Shown: in pieces, positions 1 to 18,400 of the stretch
How the letters are laid out: each line of letters starts with the position of its first letter
How positions within the stretch are numbered: position 1 is the first letter of the stretch
Origin: Balanoglossus misakiensis
Taxonomy: Eukaryota > Animalia > Hemichordata
Length of the DNA: 64,000 nt
Reading direction: 5' to 3'
Assembly (NCBI GenBank): GCA_040954595.2
Contig: CM082594.2
Location: 6,654,840 to 6,718,839 of the forward strand
The notes under the pieces: generated by a model
Told to the model about the DNA's origin: nothing
Databases searched by the model: none
The model's input: the letters and a program-made list of their open reading frames with translations, nothing else
Position numbers and translations under genes: made by a program

Positions 1-676
1 CTACGCCAATCTGATTTTGGCAGATCACGAGATGATACTTAAAGACCACGACAAATTGAACAAACTTTACCGAATGGTAAGTTATTAGAAGAAATCGATA
101 AAATGAAACTTAAAAGAGCGATTTACCCATGCATTAAGTTCTCATAATGAAGGCCTGGATGAGATGCTGAATTAACTCTCGTTTTGGTTTACAGGTTATC
201 TCCTTGGTCGAAGACAAAGACAACCAGTATAGGATATCCAAGCGACAGTACGATGATACATGTGGGTATATAGCGACGTTTTTTTCACTATGATAATCTT
301 TGTATGGTCGCACACTAAATAATATGATAGATTTGTATAGTCCCTTTTTTAACGAAAACGGCACACTTTTAAAATGTGTACTTCTTCTGTCAGTGTTATC
401 ACATGATGTCTACTATGATGGGTTTATGATATCAATCTACATGAGCCACCTGTTGAGTAGTTTTCCTCATTTTTGTACTTCAGACGATGAAAGTCAGGAA
501 GGTGACAGTGACGAGGATGATGAAGACGACTCTGATGGTGAGGATACAGAAAGCGATGAGGATAGTGTCGAAGAAGAAGACGACGACGATGAAAGCAGTG
601 AGGAAAATGAAGATGACGATGATGAAGTTGACGACGGCAACGATGACGACGACGGCAACGATGATGGTGATGATAG

Positions 677-754
<78 letters not shown>

Positions 755-764
755 CGACGATGAC

Positions 765-833
<69 letters not shown>

Positions 834-3800
834 AGTGATGAAGATGATGATGACGCTGATGGTGATGAGGATGACAGTAGCGAAGAAGATGCAACTGCAG
901 ATGAGACAGTGGAGAAATCAACAGAAGACGATAGCGAAGAGTGAGTTATTATCATATACATTCTCTCTCCACACCTTTTCTAAAATTCATTGCGTCATTC
1001 TTTAATTTTTGGGGACAATTGAAAGCGTTCATTTACCAATGCAAATTCGATCACGTGTCACTATGATCGTTTGCTCATGAAATTATCGATCTGTAGCAAT
1101 GGGAAAATTTAATTACTAATAGCTGAACGGAAAATAACCCACAATCAGTATTTCCTGAAAAAATGGTAAGCAGTTGATTTTATATTTATATCTAAAATAG
1201 TACCAATCACGTTAAATGTCGCCGATAAATATTCATATCAGGGATTTCTGAGTTTGTTCGTGTTGTTGGCAGTGTGTGTGTAAAAGTGTGGTTATTAAGC
1301 ATGCAACAGCATACGATGCCTTATTTATGGACCGGTAATCTGTCGTCTCCGATGACACAATGACGTCATAACCTGACAAGCACAAATCCCAAGCGTTATC
1401 AATTATTCACAGAAAGCGATATGGCTTGTTTTCAGTGACATCAGGAAGCCGCGTTTGACACAGCACGCAACAATCCCAAGATTACTTTTTCTTTCTCATT
1501 TTTGTTCAACAAAATCGCATAAAATATAGATTTTCTGTATTGTAGTGTGTCGGCCGATTTCGAGCTTTGCACTTTGTCGTCACTGCGTCCGTTGAGTTAA
1601 TTTGAAGATGACGCATGAGGCAAATATTATTAATGATTCATTGTTTCAACATAAGGACTGAAGTAAATATTTCGGAAAACTTCACAAATTGAGTAGCAGG
1701 TGCTGTGAATCCCATATCTTATCTATTTTATTTAAGGTGGCTGGGTACAGTGAGTACATTTGTCGTCACAGATATCAAACCTCATTAATTTACATATGCC
1801 GCTAGGTCCGTTCTGTTCTACTTTCAGTGACGGGGTCTATAGCTATACTGAGGCCATTGCAAACACAAACGTTCCCCCCACGTATGTGATACAATGTACA
1901 GTGATGCAAGGGGCGGCCTGTTCTGAAAGTATCATTGAAAAAGGGAATTGAAAAAAGCGCCCCCGTCGCTACATATGATACTATATATCAGACTCCTGTG
2001 AAAGCCTTTAGAGAAGTCAATAATTATGAGATTATTCCGTTTTGTCTCGTCAAAATAATCCCCCCACCTCTCTCAGAAGAAGCTATACTATTTACACGTT
2101 TGAATCTTAATCATGACAAACGACATGTTATGAGCTTACCTGTGCGAACAGCTACATTTCCGGGAATTTCAAGTGTTCCTCAGCTCTGTTCAATTCCAAC
2201 ACAGTCCCTCCACGTGTCATGAGACATGGTCCTTACACACGCCGTGGGTCCAACCATGATGTCCCCAACCAAATGTTCTTTTCCCGGAATTAGCGATTTC
2301 TGGTTCCGTTCAAATGTTTCGCGACCAATGGAAGAGGAAAGTGCTATTCCTTCTGTAGCCTGGGGTACGTTCAACGCCATCCGTAAGATCAGAAATACCC
2401 AGTTTCCCAGTCATTCATATCAACGTCGAAGCGCATAGAACGGCCGCGGAACAAATTCACGAACAAAATGAAGCACGCATGCGCCGAATGGCAACCAGCG
2501 AACACCTGCTCACTTCAATTTCCACCAATCAGAAAGAGTTTCTAAAACTCATCTAACCAAGACGCTTGGACACGTCACCACTACGACATATGTCAAGTTA
2601 TCAGTCCAATCACCCCGTCCGGTTATTTTCAATAACAAAAAAACTTTCCTCGACCAGGTGATTCGGCCCAACTGAGTCAGGTTATACTCGTTGAAAATTA
2701 CCCCGGACATTCCTCCAAAATTTTAAACCTAAAACACGCTGTACCAGTTTACAGATAAGAATAGATTCCTGTCGTTCCTCAGCGGAGAAATAAATAAATA
2801 AATAAATACATAAACGCATATATATGTAGTTTTTCACAGACTGAGGCTATAACATGAAAATCTTCGACTAGTGGGAATCACATGTGGAATTACTGCGTGT
2901 GACCCTTTGCTCAGGTTGTAATACGCAGTATCCTAGTAACACCTATCAATTTTAAGCGGTCCGGTGTTTCTGGATGTAAGAGTGTCATATGATATATTGC
3001 AGAACACCTATGTACTTACAGACGCGTTGAAGCAAAACTGTTTGCAAATTACATAAATCTTTTACTTGTGTTGGGAAGTCAATCGTGGATGATTGGGTTG
3101 GAGACATCCGAACTCCGATGAAAACCACATGAATTATCGATGTCATAATTTTTTCTTAAAAAAAAAAAACAGCAAATCCTGGAAAATTGATCTCACCGGG
3201 CAAAGCAACATAAAGAGTTACCGATGATTTTTTCCTGCCTAATGTCTGTTATTTTTGTGTTTTACCCATAGATCCGGCGAGAAAGCGATCGACGAGGAAG
3301 ACACGAAAGACGAAAAGCCTGACGTGAACGACAAGACAGAGGATGAACAAGATGACGGGAACTCTCTGGAGGGTGATGACGATGCAAATGACGTCAACGA
3401 TGCCCTGGCAAAGGAACTTGCCATGGTTCACCTGATGGACGCTGGGAAACCGACTGGTAGGTGAACACGTCACGAATCGAGTAGAACACACACTCTGATC
3501 AGACCATCAGAACTGATGTTAATTTTACCCCCCCCCCACCCCGCCTTTTCATAAAGTGAGAATCACATATTTCTCAATATGGTTTTATGAAAACGAAATT
3601 CGCTTAGTTTATAGTAACACAGGTTGCCATGATACTTGTGATTCTGTACCACTGGGACAACGCACCCGGCCTTCTACAAAATTAAAGGAAAACATTTGGG
3701 GTCGCTCGGTGACTAAATTCCAACGTTTGAACCAACACAACTCCTTAATGCAGAGATTTAGATTCGATCAATCCGCGAAACCCGCCAACGAGCGCAGAAT

Positions 3801-4489
3801 ACAAATGACAGAAACTAAAGAGAAAGCGCGTAACATTAGCATTCTGTACAGCAACCTGAACCGTGGGAAGCTTTTACGTTTTTCTTTTCAGACATGTTTC
3901 CAGACTTGAAACGATTGCGTGGACGGAAAGCCAGGATCAGAGTAGAATATAATCTCCCCTTTCAATCGCTGTATCTTTCCCAGACACGGTCTTTTTAGCG
4001 CACAAGCCTTTCTTGGTCCATCACAAAGCTAATATAATATCCATTTAATTCGAAAAGCAGAAGTCAGTAAACCGTGATTTATCGGCACATTTGAATATAT
4101 ATATGGACATCAGTAGTTTTATTTTTGGTAGAAAAGGTAATTCTCTTAACGTGTCTATGGTAGCGTAACATTGGGTTTTGCGAGCATTTTACATGCAAGG
4201 AAAAAGTCGTACTACGATCTGATGAACTATCAAAGCGCGTGCGTAGAAGTCCACTGTTTCCAATATCCGATATAGTTACAGTCATACTGAAGTGTTTTTT
4301 TTCATTTCTATGACAACACGAGATTATTCTTCCTTCCCAGGTTCAAGGGTTGACTCTGGCGAAGAAAACGAGGTGTTGAAAGGAGGGTCTTCTGAAGACG
4401 ATCCAGTGATGGAGCTCCAAAAACTGCCCAGCAAGTACAAGGACATCTTACGAGACGAGCTCGAGGAGAACGCCGCTGCCGTAGCTTAG
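1..4489 (+). CDS. Asp/Glu-rich acidic protein, 3' portion (5' end outside window). Exons <1-76, 195-261, 484-940, 3272-3456, 4341-4489
   Basis: GT-AG junctions with compatible phases (0,1,2,1) join into one frame: ...DHEMILKDHDKLNKLYRM|VISLVEDKDNQYRISKRQYDDT|YDESQEGDSDEDD...(D52)...EDDSEE|SGEKAIDEED...KPT|GSRVDSGEENE...ENAAAVA* (TAG 4487-4489). No family recognised. Confidence 0.75.
678..833 (+). repeat. (GAT)n coding trinucleotide repeat encoding 52 consecutive Asp
   Basis: 156 nt of GAT with a few GAC interruptions, inside exon 484-940 and flanked by mixed D/E/S codons in the same frame. Confidence 0.95.
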
Positions 4490-5613
4490 AACCATCAACG
4501 TCAACACCAGTTCTTCAAGTTCAAAGACACATACATACATGCTCAGTCTGTCAACGCCATGCCCTCACGTCCAGGAAGAGCGGGGACAAGTTATTTACAT
4601 ACTTCAAAATGATTGGCTGTTTGAAAAAAAGCGCCATCTTGTTATGCAAATAAGTTGTCCTGTACATGTAGCGTGTTGGTCCGGCCTACCATAATCATAC
4701 ATCACAGTGTTACATATTTAATGAGATTCTATTAAGAGATACTGCTTCATCAAATGGGATATGTATAGATTTTTTAATTGGAATATAATTAGTATTGCAA
4801 GTTATACTCGACATGCAGCTGGGTCGTATTTACATGTGTTGAGGTATTAAAACAAAAACTTTTAAAAGTTTTATTAGGGGCAATATTGATTTCTATTGTT
4901 GAGCGACGGAGATTCGTATATGTCAGTACGTAAAAAAGAATTGGACTAGTCTATGCAGTAGAGGGATGGGACCAAAATGTGTAAAAAATATCTATCATAC
5001 TTGAAATGTAACTTTACTGCAAGTGTGTTTTCACAACATTCCAACACTTTTTAAATTCCCTTGTCTTTGCTTAATATTTTTGTGGTAATATGTTGTTTTG
5101 CTGCATTTGTTATAGAATGATAAGTGCGCCCTCGAGCCATGACATTGATGTTGCGTTGTGTTCTCTTTTCACTTTTTAATTTGGCTGTTTCATTGCAAAG
5201 TGGCTGACCTGAGGTACAGTAATTCAAAAAGCCAGGTCTGTATCATTGAGAGGGCGCATTTAATTCTCTCATGAATTTGACAGTTCTCCTTTGAATGTTT
5301 GACAAACATAAAATCTTGTGAACAAAGTTATCAGTACAATATGCTTGTTTCCAAAAAACAGGGCCAATTGACCGCACTGCATATGGTTAATGAGAATTAA
5401 AAGGTCATGCTCATCTCTGTTTTAGCACTAAACCTGTGCACCACAACACATTAATGACCAACAAGCAACATGATGTTGACTAGGTAGATCTACAACGAAC
5501 GATATTAAAAGCAAAGTTTGCCTGAAAGTGCATGTCATTGTTCTGTTAATATTTAACCCCTCCACGCTATTCCCTCAAGTAACAAGCCACCTTTTACCAT
5601 TTGAAAATAATGA

Positions 5614-5665
5614 AATTGGACCAAACTATTACGGTGAATAATTGGACCAAACTATTACGGTGAAT
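5614..5665. repeat. Perfect 26-bp tandem duplication
   Basis: aattggaccaaactattacggtgaat occurs twice in tandem. Confidence 0.85.
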
Positions 5666-6745
5666 GGGGGAAGGGAGGTATTTCTTTTGAGGGTTGGATG
5701 GTGCTGCGTTTAGCAGACAGTTTAATGCCATAACCACACTGCAAAACATTCCCTTTATTTGTTAGCAATGCCTTGATATCTGTATATCGGCCAGCCGGCA
5801 AGTGTTGACTGTTGTTTTTTTATATTCTCCCAGTAAATAAACTTCCTTATCCCCATTCCTCCCTCATGCAATAATATGAAACAACACAAAAGTACCTATT
5901 TAAATATATACTACATATGTAGATAGATATGCTGTCTCTTTTTCCTCACTCAAGCTGATGCCATGGCAACCAGTTCCCATGGTAACCAGCTCACAAATCC
6001 ACATCTTCCTCTTCAGTGATGTTCTGTCACCTTTCGTCATCTTTGTTCTCGACTGTTTTCTGTACAAACCTTTTTGCATGCTCACTGTTATTCTGATGTG
6101 AATGTAGGGAAATATTAGGAATTGTACATTGTGTGTTTTTAATTTAGTAATAAAGTGTTCTTTTTCTAATTAACTTAAATGTTCACTGATCCTTCTGGAT
6201 GTTCCTTCTGAGTGTACTGCCGATTGATCTAATAAAGTGAAATTTGAGAACAGAAGTCATCGTAATCCAACTTCACTCTGAAAATTTGCAATATGTAACG
6301 ACAAAACAACAGGAAAAAAGCAAACATAAGTTCATATTTTCAAACTTTTTTAATGTTAAAATCTACTTTACAAACAGTCAACATGAAAAATCTTTACAGA
6401 TTTCAACTCCCACTTTCTTGTAGAGTACAATGTGTTACACCATTTAGGTTCCACATTCAAAGAGATTCCAGGAGAAGTTTTGGTAACTAAATATCAAATT
6501 CAAACATACCTACACATCAAATTCAATAATACTAACACAATAACATACTTTCAACATTTTTTGATTGCACACACATTCATGTTACAAAATTTTAACTGCA
6601 GCTTTTGAGGGCTTTCTAGAACTATTTCAAAATGTTTCTGAACTTTTGGGGTATGTATGAATTATAACCCTTTTACCCCCTTTTTGTCAGCGCAAAAATC
6701 TGAAACGATGAAATGAAAACAATACAGTAAAATTACAGTTTTTTC

Positions 6746-6766
6746 GGGGGGGGGGGGGGGGGGGGG
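6746..6766. repeat. G21 homopolymer (C21 in the TMEM161 mRNA) directly after the stop codon
   Basis: Run of 21 G abutting TTA (stop on - strand) at 6767-6769. Confidence 0.9.
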
Positions 6767-12243
<5,477 letters not shown>

Positions 12244-15200
12244 TGCCTCTGTGCTTTGACAAACCACGCTTTAATTTACTTGATTAGATGCCAAAATGCT
12301 TTCCTTATTGTCATCTACAGCTTGCCATGCTGCACTGGGCCTCTCTTTGACCTATGACCTCAATATACCGCCCCCAACGACAACCTCTACCAAGTAAAAA
12401 CGCGAAATCGATTTCCATCACAAAGAAGAGACGTCAAGATGCCAAAACGTCAAGAAGTTTGAAGTTTTCGCGTTGTTCGAGCCGCTAGTAAAATAGAACA
12501 GTCTATATGTGACGAGAATAGATGCCGCTTATCTTTCAAACGAATTTGACATTTTAAAAAAGTAGAGCCAAGATGTCGATCGCCTGTGTGTGAGCGGTCC
12601 TTTTCTCATTCCTACAATGTTGACGAACTGATAATGTACAATTGTCGGGTAGCAAACAGCGAATACCATCGTGAAACCTTATCTTCTCTATGTGAAGACC
12701 AGTGGTCATAGATTAACCCCTGAGTTGGTCACACCGGGAATATTTGGGCAAAATGCGTAGGTGCTGGCCTGACAGGTAGTCCGTGAAATCGTAAAGACTA
12801 CAGTGTGTCTTTTCTCCATTCATCTGCCAGGTTGCTTTCATTGGCATAGATTGCCAGTAACCATGGCAAACGTTTGTTTTATGTGCACTCCTACTAAAAC
12901 TTTTCGAAAGAGTTGAAAGTATTGAGGGATCGGTACATGCTGACAGGTTGCTTGAACTGCGTCACGCATACCTCAAGTATTAAAGTTATTTGATTTTTTT
13001 TCGTGAAGTGAAATGATAAAATGCAAGCACGTCCCTCCGCATGTGAGCTGCCAGTGTCAAATCGTGTGAGAATGTGATTGACGGACGGATCTTTTGGGAA
13101 TCGAATCCGATGGCCGGTCCCGACTTCGTATAATTGATTGCTTTAGTTTGAAAACGATAAATAACGATGATGTCGACGACGACAAAGTATGGTCGCAGGT
13201 AAACAAGTTTCTGACAAATTGAAATCAAGAAGAAAGGGCAAGTTGACATCGTACTAAAGCCATTCGAGTCACCCGACTCCAATAGAAGAGGTGACCGGAC
13301 TTTTTTCATTTACACAAATTCTAATGTTCTTTTTGGGCCATAATTTCTTTAAAGAAGACCATGGCTGACCGAGTACGTAGCGTCTCAGACACCGTCTTGG
13401 CAAAATAATCAACAACTTTATCAGTGGCGAGATGGCTGGCTCTGTTCATGACGAATCTCCACATTCAGAAATCCTTCTATAGCCTATTGTGTACCACTAC
13501 AATCGGCGCATAATAACAAATTCTATCAAAAACTGGCGACTGTCTCTCTTCTCCTAACTCATCACCCCGGAAAACACATCCTTTGAGAACCACGCCGGAG
13601 CCCTTATTGAAAGAAGCACGCCACAGCGAACACTCGACAGCGGTTCCCATAACTGACAGACCCATCAATCGTTTTGGAAACGCAATCATGATGCTACGGG
13701 ATGTCCAGTCTCTGCCGGTTTGGTGGTAAAATACGATTTTCGTCGTCGTAAAGATTACGTGACGTTGTACAGATCCACGCAGACTTGACAGTTTGGCATT
13801 CAATTTCGGATCAATAGCCGATGCGCGATATGGTTGTCTTCAACTTTCTCAACAAACTCGGGGAAGCGTTCACAGTATCTGTGTTGTTCACGCTGATCCG
13901 CGCATCAGGTTAGTAGTAAATGTTTTACCTTTAGTATTGCAAACTTCGTTTACAATTTTCCTTTGCATTTTTCTCAACGCATACACCATCAGGTCGAAGA
14001 ACGTTACTTTATTTTTATTACTGTTAACGTAATTACATATATTCCTTTTCAATTTGACACTTCTATCATCAAAATTGGCCAATATATAGAACTGTTTTGC
14101 TTGTTTTAGAACATTTCTGTTAACGAACTACGGAAAACAACATTCGTGAAACTCTCCTGATGTTCTCGAAGACCTTGTTCCAGATGTCGGGAAAGTTTTA
14201 TTCGTTCAATCTGTTTATGATCAAGAGAGAAAGATCACTGCAGCTTTAAGAATCAAAAGAGACTAATTACACTAAATTCAGTTCGTAACTTTGAACTTTC
14301 GTGGAAATGTCAAAACAGTCACTACAAGTTTTGGCTTAAGCGTATTTTCGATCGGTTTTAGTGTTAAGAGAATGAGAGAGAGACAGAGACACAGAGACAG
14401 AAATAGTTCCAAAGTACTAATAAAACGTAATCACACTGCTACTAGAATGACAGAAACCGAAGGTGGGTCGCTTGGTTTGCACCAGAAACGACGATCACGC
14501 TTTTACTATTTGAACTATGCGATCATTGACGAAATCAAACTTAACCTGATAACTTTTCCTAGGTAACCGAGATATCAGTTATTTAGGACAGGTTATCCTT
14601 ATTTCTATGTCAATGCCTCCGATCAAGTGTACAGACTCTGGGGCGACAGACAATCATTGTCAGTGGTCTATACTAAATTCTGGGGAGACGAAACCAACGC
14701 TCGCAGATGACTATATCGTGACTCGCCTCTTTCAAGTGTGGTATCATTTCTTTTTCACAAGTTCCACAGATCTGCTGATTTGTGGAAAAATGGTAACGAG
14801 GCGTTAATATCATTCGTGTGTGTCGCAGTGGGAATTTACACATACACCCTGTCTCATGCCAAGCATTGGGCGTTGTCAAAACACTTGTTGAGCAATTAAA
14901 TTAAGACGCATAAACACCTATGCCGACATCCTCGTTTGATATTAAAACATCTTTGGAGAGTATTGTGCAACATGACGGAAACGTTCAGGGTCATCAGTTT
15001 CTGTATCGGGTCATCGCCCTCATCGACGAAAAAATCTTTCATTCGTCAGAGACCGTACCTGTTACCTTGACTACGTAAATGGGGAATGTGCCTTAACTAG
15101 AACATATACTGGGTTAAACAGTCAAAATGTCGATTTCAACAGCTGCCGTAAAAGTCGATCACGCCACATAAAATAGATTTCAATGACCATTCATCATTGA

Positions 15201-15406
15201 GTTCAATTGACAAGCCGGACAATACAAACTAGGGCGGCTTTTTGTAACTGCAGAATTCACGGTCAAGAAAGAAGTCAATGGTAAAAGAAAGTTCAATGTC
15301 AGATCACTTTTGCGTGTTACAAATGTGAAGCATTAAATGTACAGGGCGGAAAACTGTACAGGGAATCACCCTCCCCCTTTGAGTGTTCATTTTTGTTTGT
15401 TTTCAG
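12244..15406. promoter_or_regulatory. Head-to-head region containing the TMEM161 promoter/5' UTR and the unresolved 5' end of the FTP-mucin receptor gene
   Basis: Lies between divergently oriented coding regions and is visibly richer in CpG than the TMEM161 gene body. No TSS could be pinpointed. Confidence 0.4.
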
Positions 15407-18400
15407 GTATTTCAACACTAACTTCAGATACTTATAAAACCCCTGTGACAACGACAGATACAACAGAGGCGAATCAACTCTCCACCGGTGGAACCTTTTC
15501 AACAGGTATTAATGATCAATGTTATTCGTTAGTGGAGAGACAGGCATAATTTCCATTTGTGGACAATAACGCTTTATTATTTTCAAGTTTCTTTGGCTCT
15601 ACTCTACCAACAAAATGAACTCGTATGTGATTTGTTTTGTACAACATTGCACCTGAACAGCAAAAACTTACCAAGCTTCAACCACAGTCCCACCACAGCC
15701 CAGGATTACCACCAACTCACTGGAAATTGTATCAGGAATAACATATTCCCAAGGTACGGATATCGATTTTTTTCTTCACATACTGTAGTTGGACTGACCC
15801 TGTTTCACTATACAAACTCTTTTTTCTTAGTTAATCAAATAAATCCATAAAGGAACATATACAATGAAGATGTTCAATTGTATTATAATTGAAAATAAAC
15901 AGGCAGCATCTATCTCGAAGTGTGTTACAAAATACATAGTGACTGGTACACAGGTAACATAATCCCCTTCGGTTCTGGGAAACAAACTGTTCTGGAGTGA
16001 CTGACAGCTGTTATCCTTGTAGCCAGTCAATAGGTGTATACTATTCACACACCTCTCACCCTTTATCATGGAAGGGATTGTTAATTTTGCGCTTGGAAAA
16101 CCAGCAAGTCAGAGTTCTACGGCGAAGGCAGCAAGTTTTGCCGTGGACGGAAACAGATCAGATAAACACACAATTTGCGCAAGAACTGGTCGCAAGACTG
16201 ACAACTGGTGGAAAGTGGATCTACTGGATGAATACATCATCAAGTATATTCTAATAGTGCATGCCGGTAAGCGTATACTATTTAGAATTGAGGATATTCT
16301 CCCATTAAAGGAATATTGTAACCTCGAATTTAAGTTGTTGTACATGGTTAAAAGGCTGTGTCTAAATCTTGGAATGACCGTTTGGTGGCGCACTTTTTCA
16401 TGTGGTCAACTCTTTTACATTTGCCATTGGCTACATGTAAACTTTCCATAGAAACTGTGACATACATACTGTTACATACATACAGGCATACATATATACA
16501 CACACGTACATTGTAACGATAACTCACTTCTATACCAATGTAAACGATATAATCTAAAAATGGTATAAACTGTCACTGATTTTACTAGCAGAAACTTAAC
16601 AAAACCTTCCAAAAATGCAATGAAATGAATCAATTGTTCTATTGGACTGTCTCACTCCAGCAACAATCAATATTACTGACTCTACAATAAGTACAAGCCA
16701 GGATGACGTCACATACACACTATGCCACACTATAACGGCTGCAGACACAATGTCATCGGACACACTTGTCAAGGAATGTGACCCACTACGAGTTGGCCGA
16801 TATGTGCGGATTGACTCCACAAGAAGCGAGAGACATCGGCTTTGTGTCTGCGAAGTAGAGGTATATGATAAAGGTAGGCCACATTGAACATTAATACTTT
16901 GCTGATCATACACCCCAAAAAGTGACACTTACTATAGCTTTGTTATGTGTTTTTTTTGTTTGTTCACTTGATTTAGTTTGTTTCTGTTTTGAAGTAATGA
17001 TCCTTTTCTCTTCAACCTGTGTCTCCTAGATCCGACCGTGACAACACCAGTTCCAACCACTATAGTGTCCACTTTACCATATGTCTCCCCAACCCTATCA
17101 CCATGTAAGTACATGTATAATCATGTCTGTGCCCCTTATCACTCAGCGATGCAAATATCATTAACAGCGGTCCGGACAAGGTCAGTTTGTGCCGTGGCTA
17201 ATATTTTGCGCCGGCAAGTCCATTGAAATTTTGAGGCCCGAGTGAGAGGTCAGGCCCATGACCTTGTCTACGTTTGCTGCGGGTCTTTCAAGTCTGTGCA
17301 TCACAACTACACTGCATTCTATCAATGCATTGGTGTCTAGAGGATTTGGGAGACAAAAATTGGCAGATGGTACAGAGAACAAAATTTCTCCTGCAACCCC
17401 TAGAAAAAAGGTATTACTGGCATTTGAAAAAAATGATGTTACAGTGGGTAAGAAAAAAATTCTGACATACCCATATCCTCCATTCCCCCAGAAATGAAAT
17501 GTTTCTTCCTTATTTCGTATACAGATGTCGTTAACTTCGCCCTTAGGAAGCCTACTTCTCAGAGCACGACTGCTGGTGGACGGAATTCCTCTCTGGCAGT
17601 GGACGGAATAGTGTCGACCTTGTGTTCTCAGACAAGAGCATGGGAGGACGTCAAATGGTGGAAGGTGGACCTGCAAGCCAATCACATCATCCAATTTGTC
17701 GTCATTACTGTTAGTCAAGGTGAGGCATACCTCAAACGCAGAACTGATCCTTGTCATCATATGTGGCAGGAGAAATAAAACTTACAGTAGAATATCCTGT
17801 CCAACTCATGAATAATCGCGAGAGTGATTGTACCATTGCCACTAGATAGAAATCGGGTTCTGTTAAAGAAATTCCAACTAGTTGAATAACAGAGCTAGCG
17901 CTCTTTGATTTCAGGCTATGTGTATCGCATAACCAACACTACCATTTTGGTCAGTCTTAACGACGTTGGCTATACCCAGTGTGCCGCCATCACTCCGGAA
18001 GACACCACATCACAAATCGTGATGAAAGAATGCAACTCTCCACTCATTGGTCGTTTTGTGAAAATCGAAAAGAGGAACAGCACTTCGGCACTCACCATAT
18101 GCGAATTTGAGATTTATGATCAATGTAAGTCAAGAATGCCAAACTGACTAGTCTTACATACTACACGAGTCCTAGCAATAAGTGACGTTGCTCAATGCCA
18201 CAGTATCACAGAGACTGAGCTTCGCATGTCGAATTTATTAAATATCTAAATGCCTGAGATTTTAGATATTATTATATTACTACAGTATGTAAGTCTCATT
18301 TGCTTCTTCAGATCCATTCACCACAACAGTTGAGCCAACAACCACCCCGTTGGCAGTGGACGCTTCACCAACCATATCCCAAGGTATTAAGCTACACTCT

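Noticed and set aside
424-1005. Poly-His, poly-Met and poly-Ser ORFs
   Set aside because: They are alternative frames or strands of the GAT repeat; only the Asp frame is joined by phase-compatible splice sites.
13688-13992. Candidate first or signal exons for the FTP-mucin receptor (MMLRDVQSLPVW; LVVNVLPLVLQTSFTIFLCIFLNAYTI)
   Set aside because: Hydrophobic and suggestive, but the apparent donor is weak and phase 2, whereas exon 15407 needs phase 1; could not be joined with confidence.
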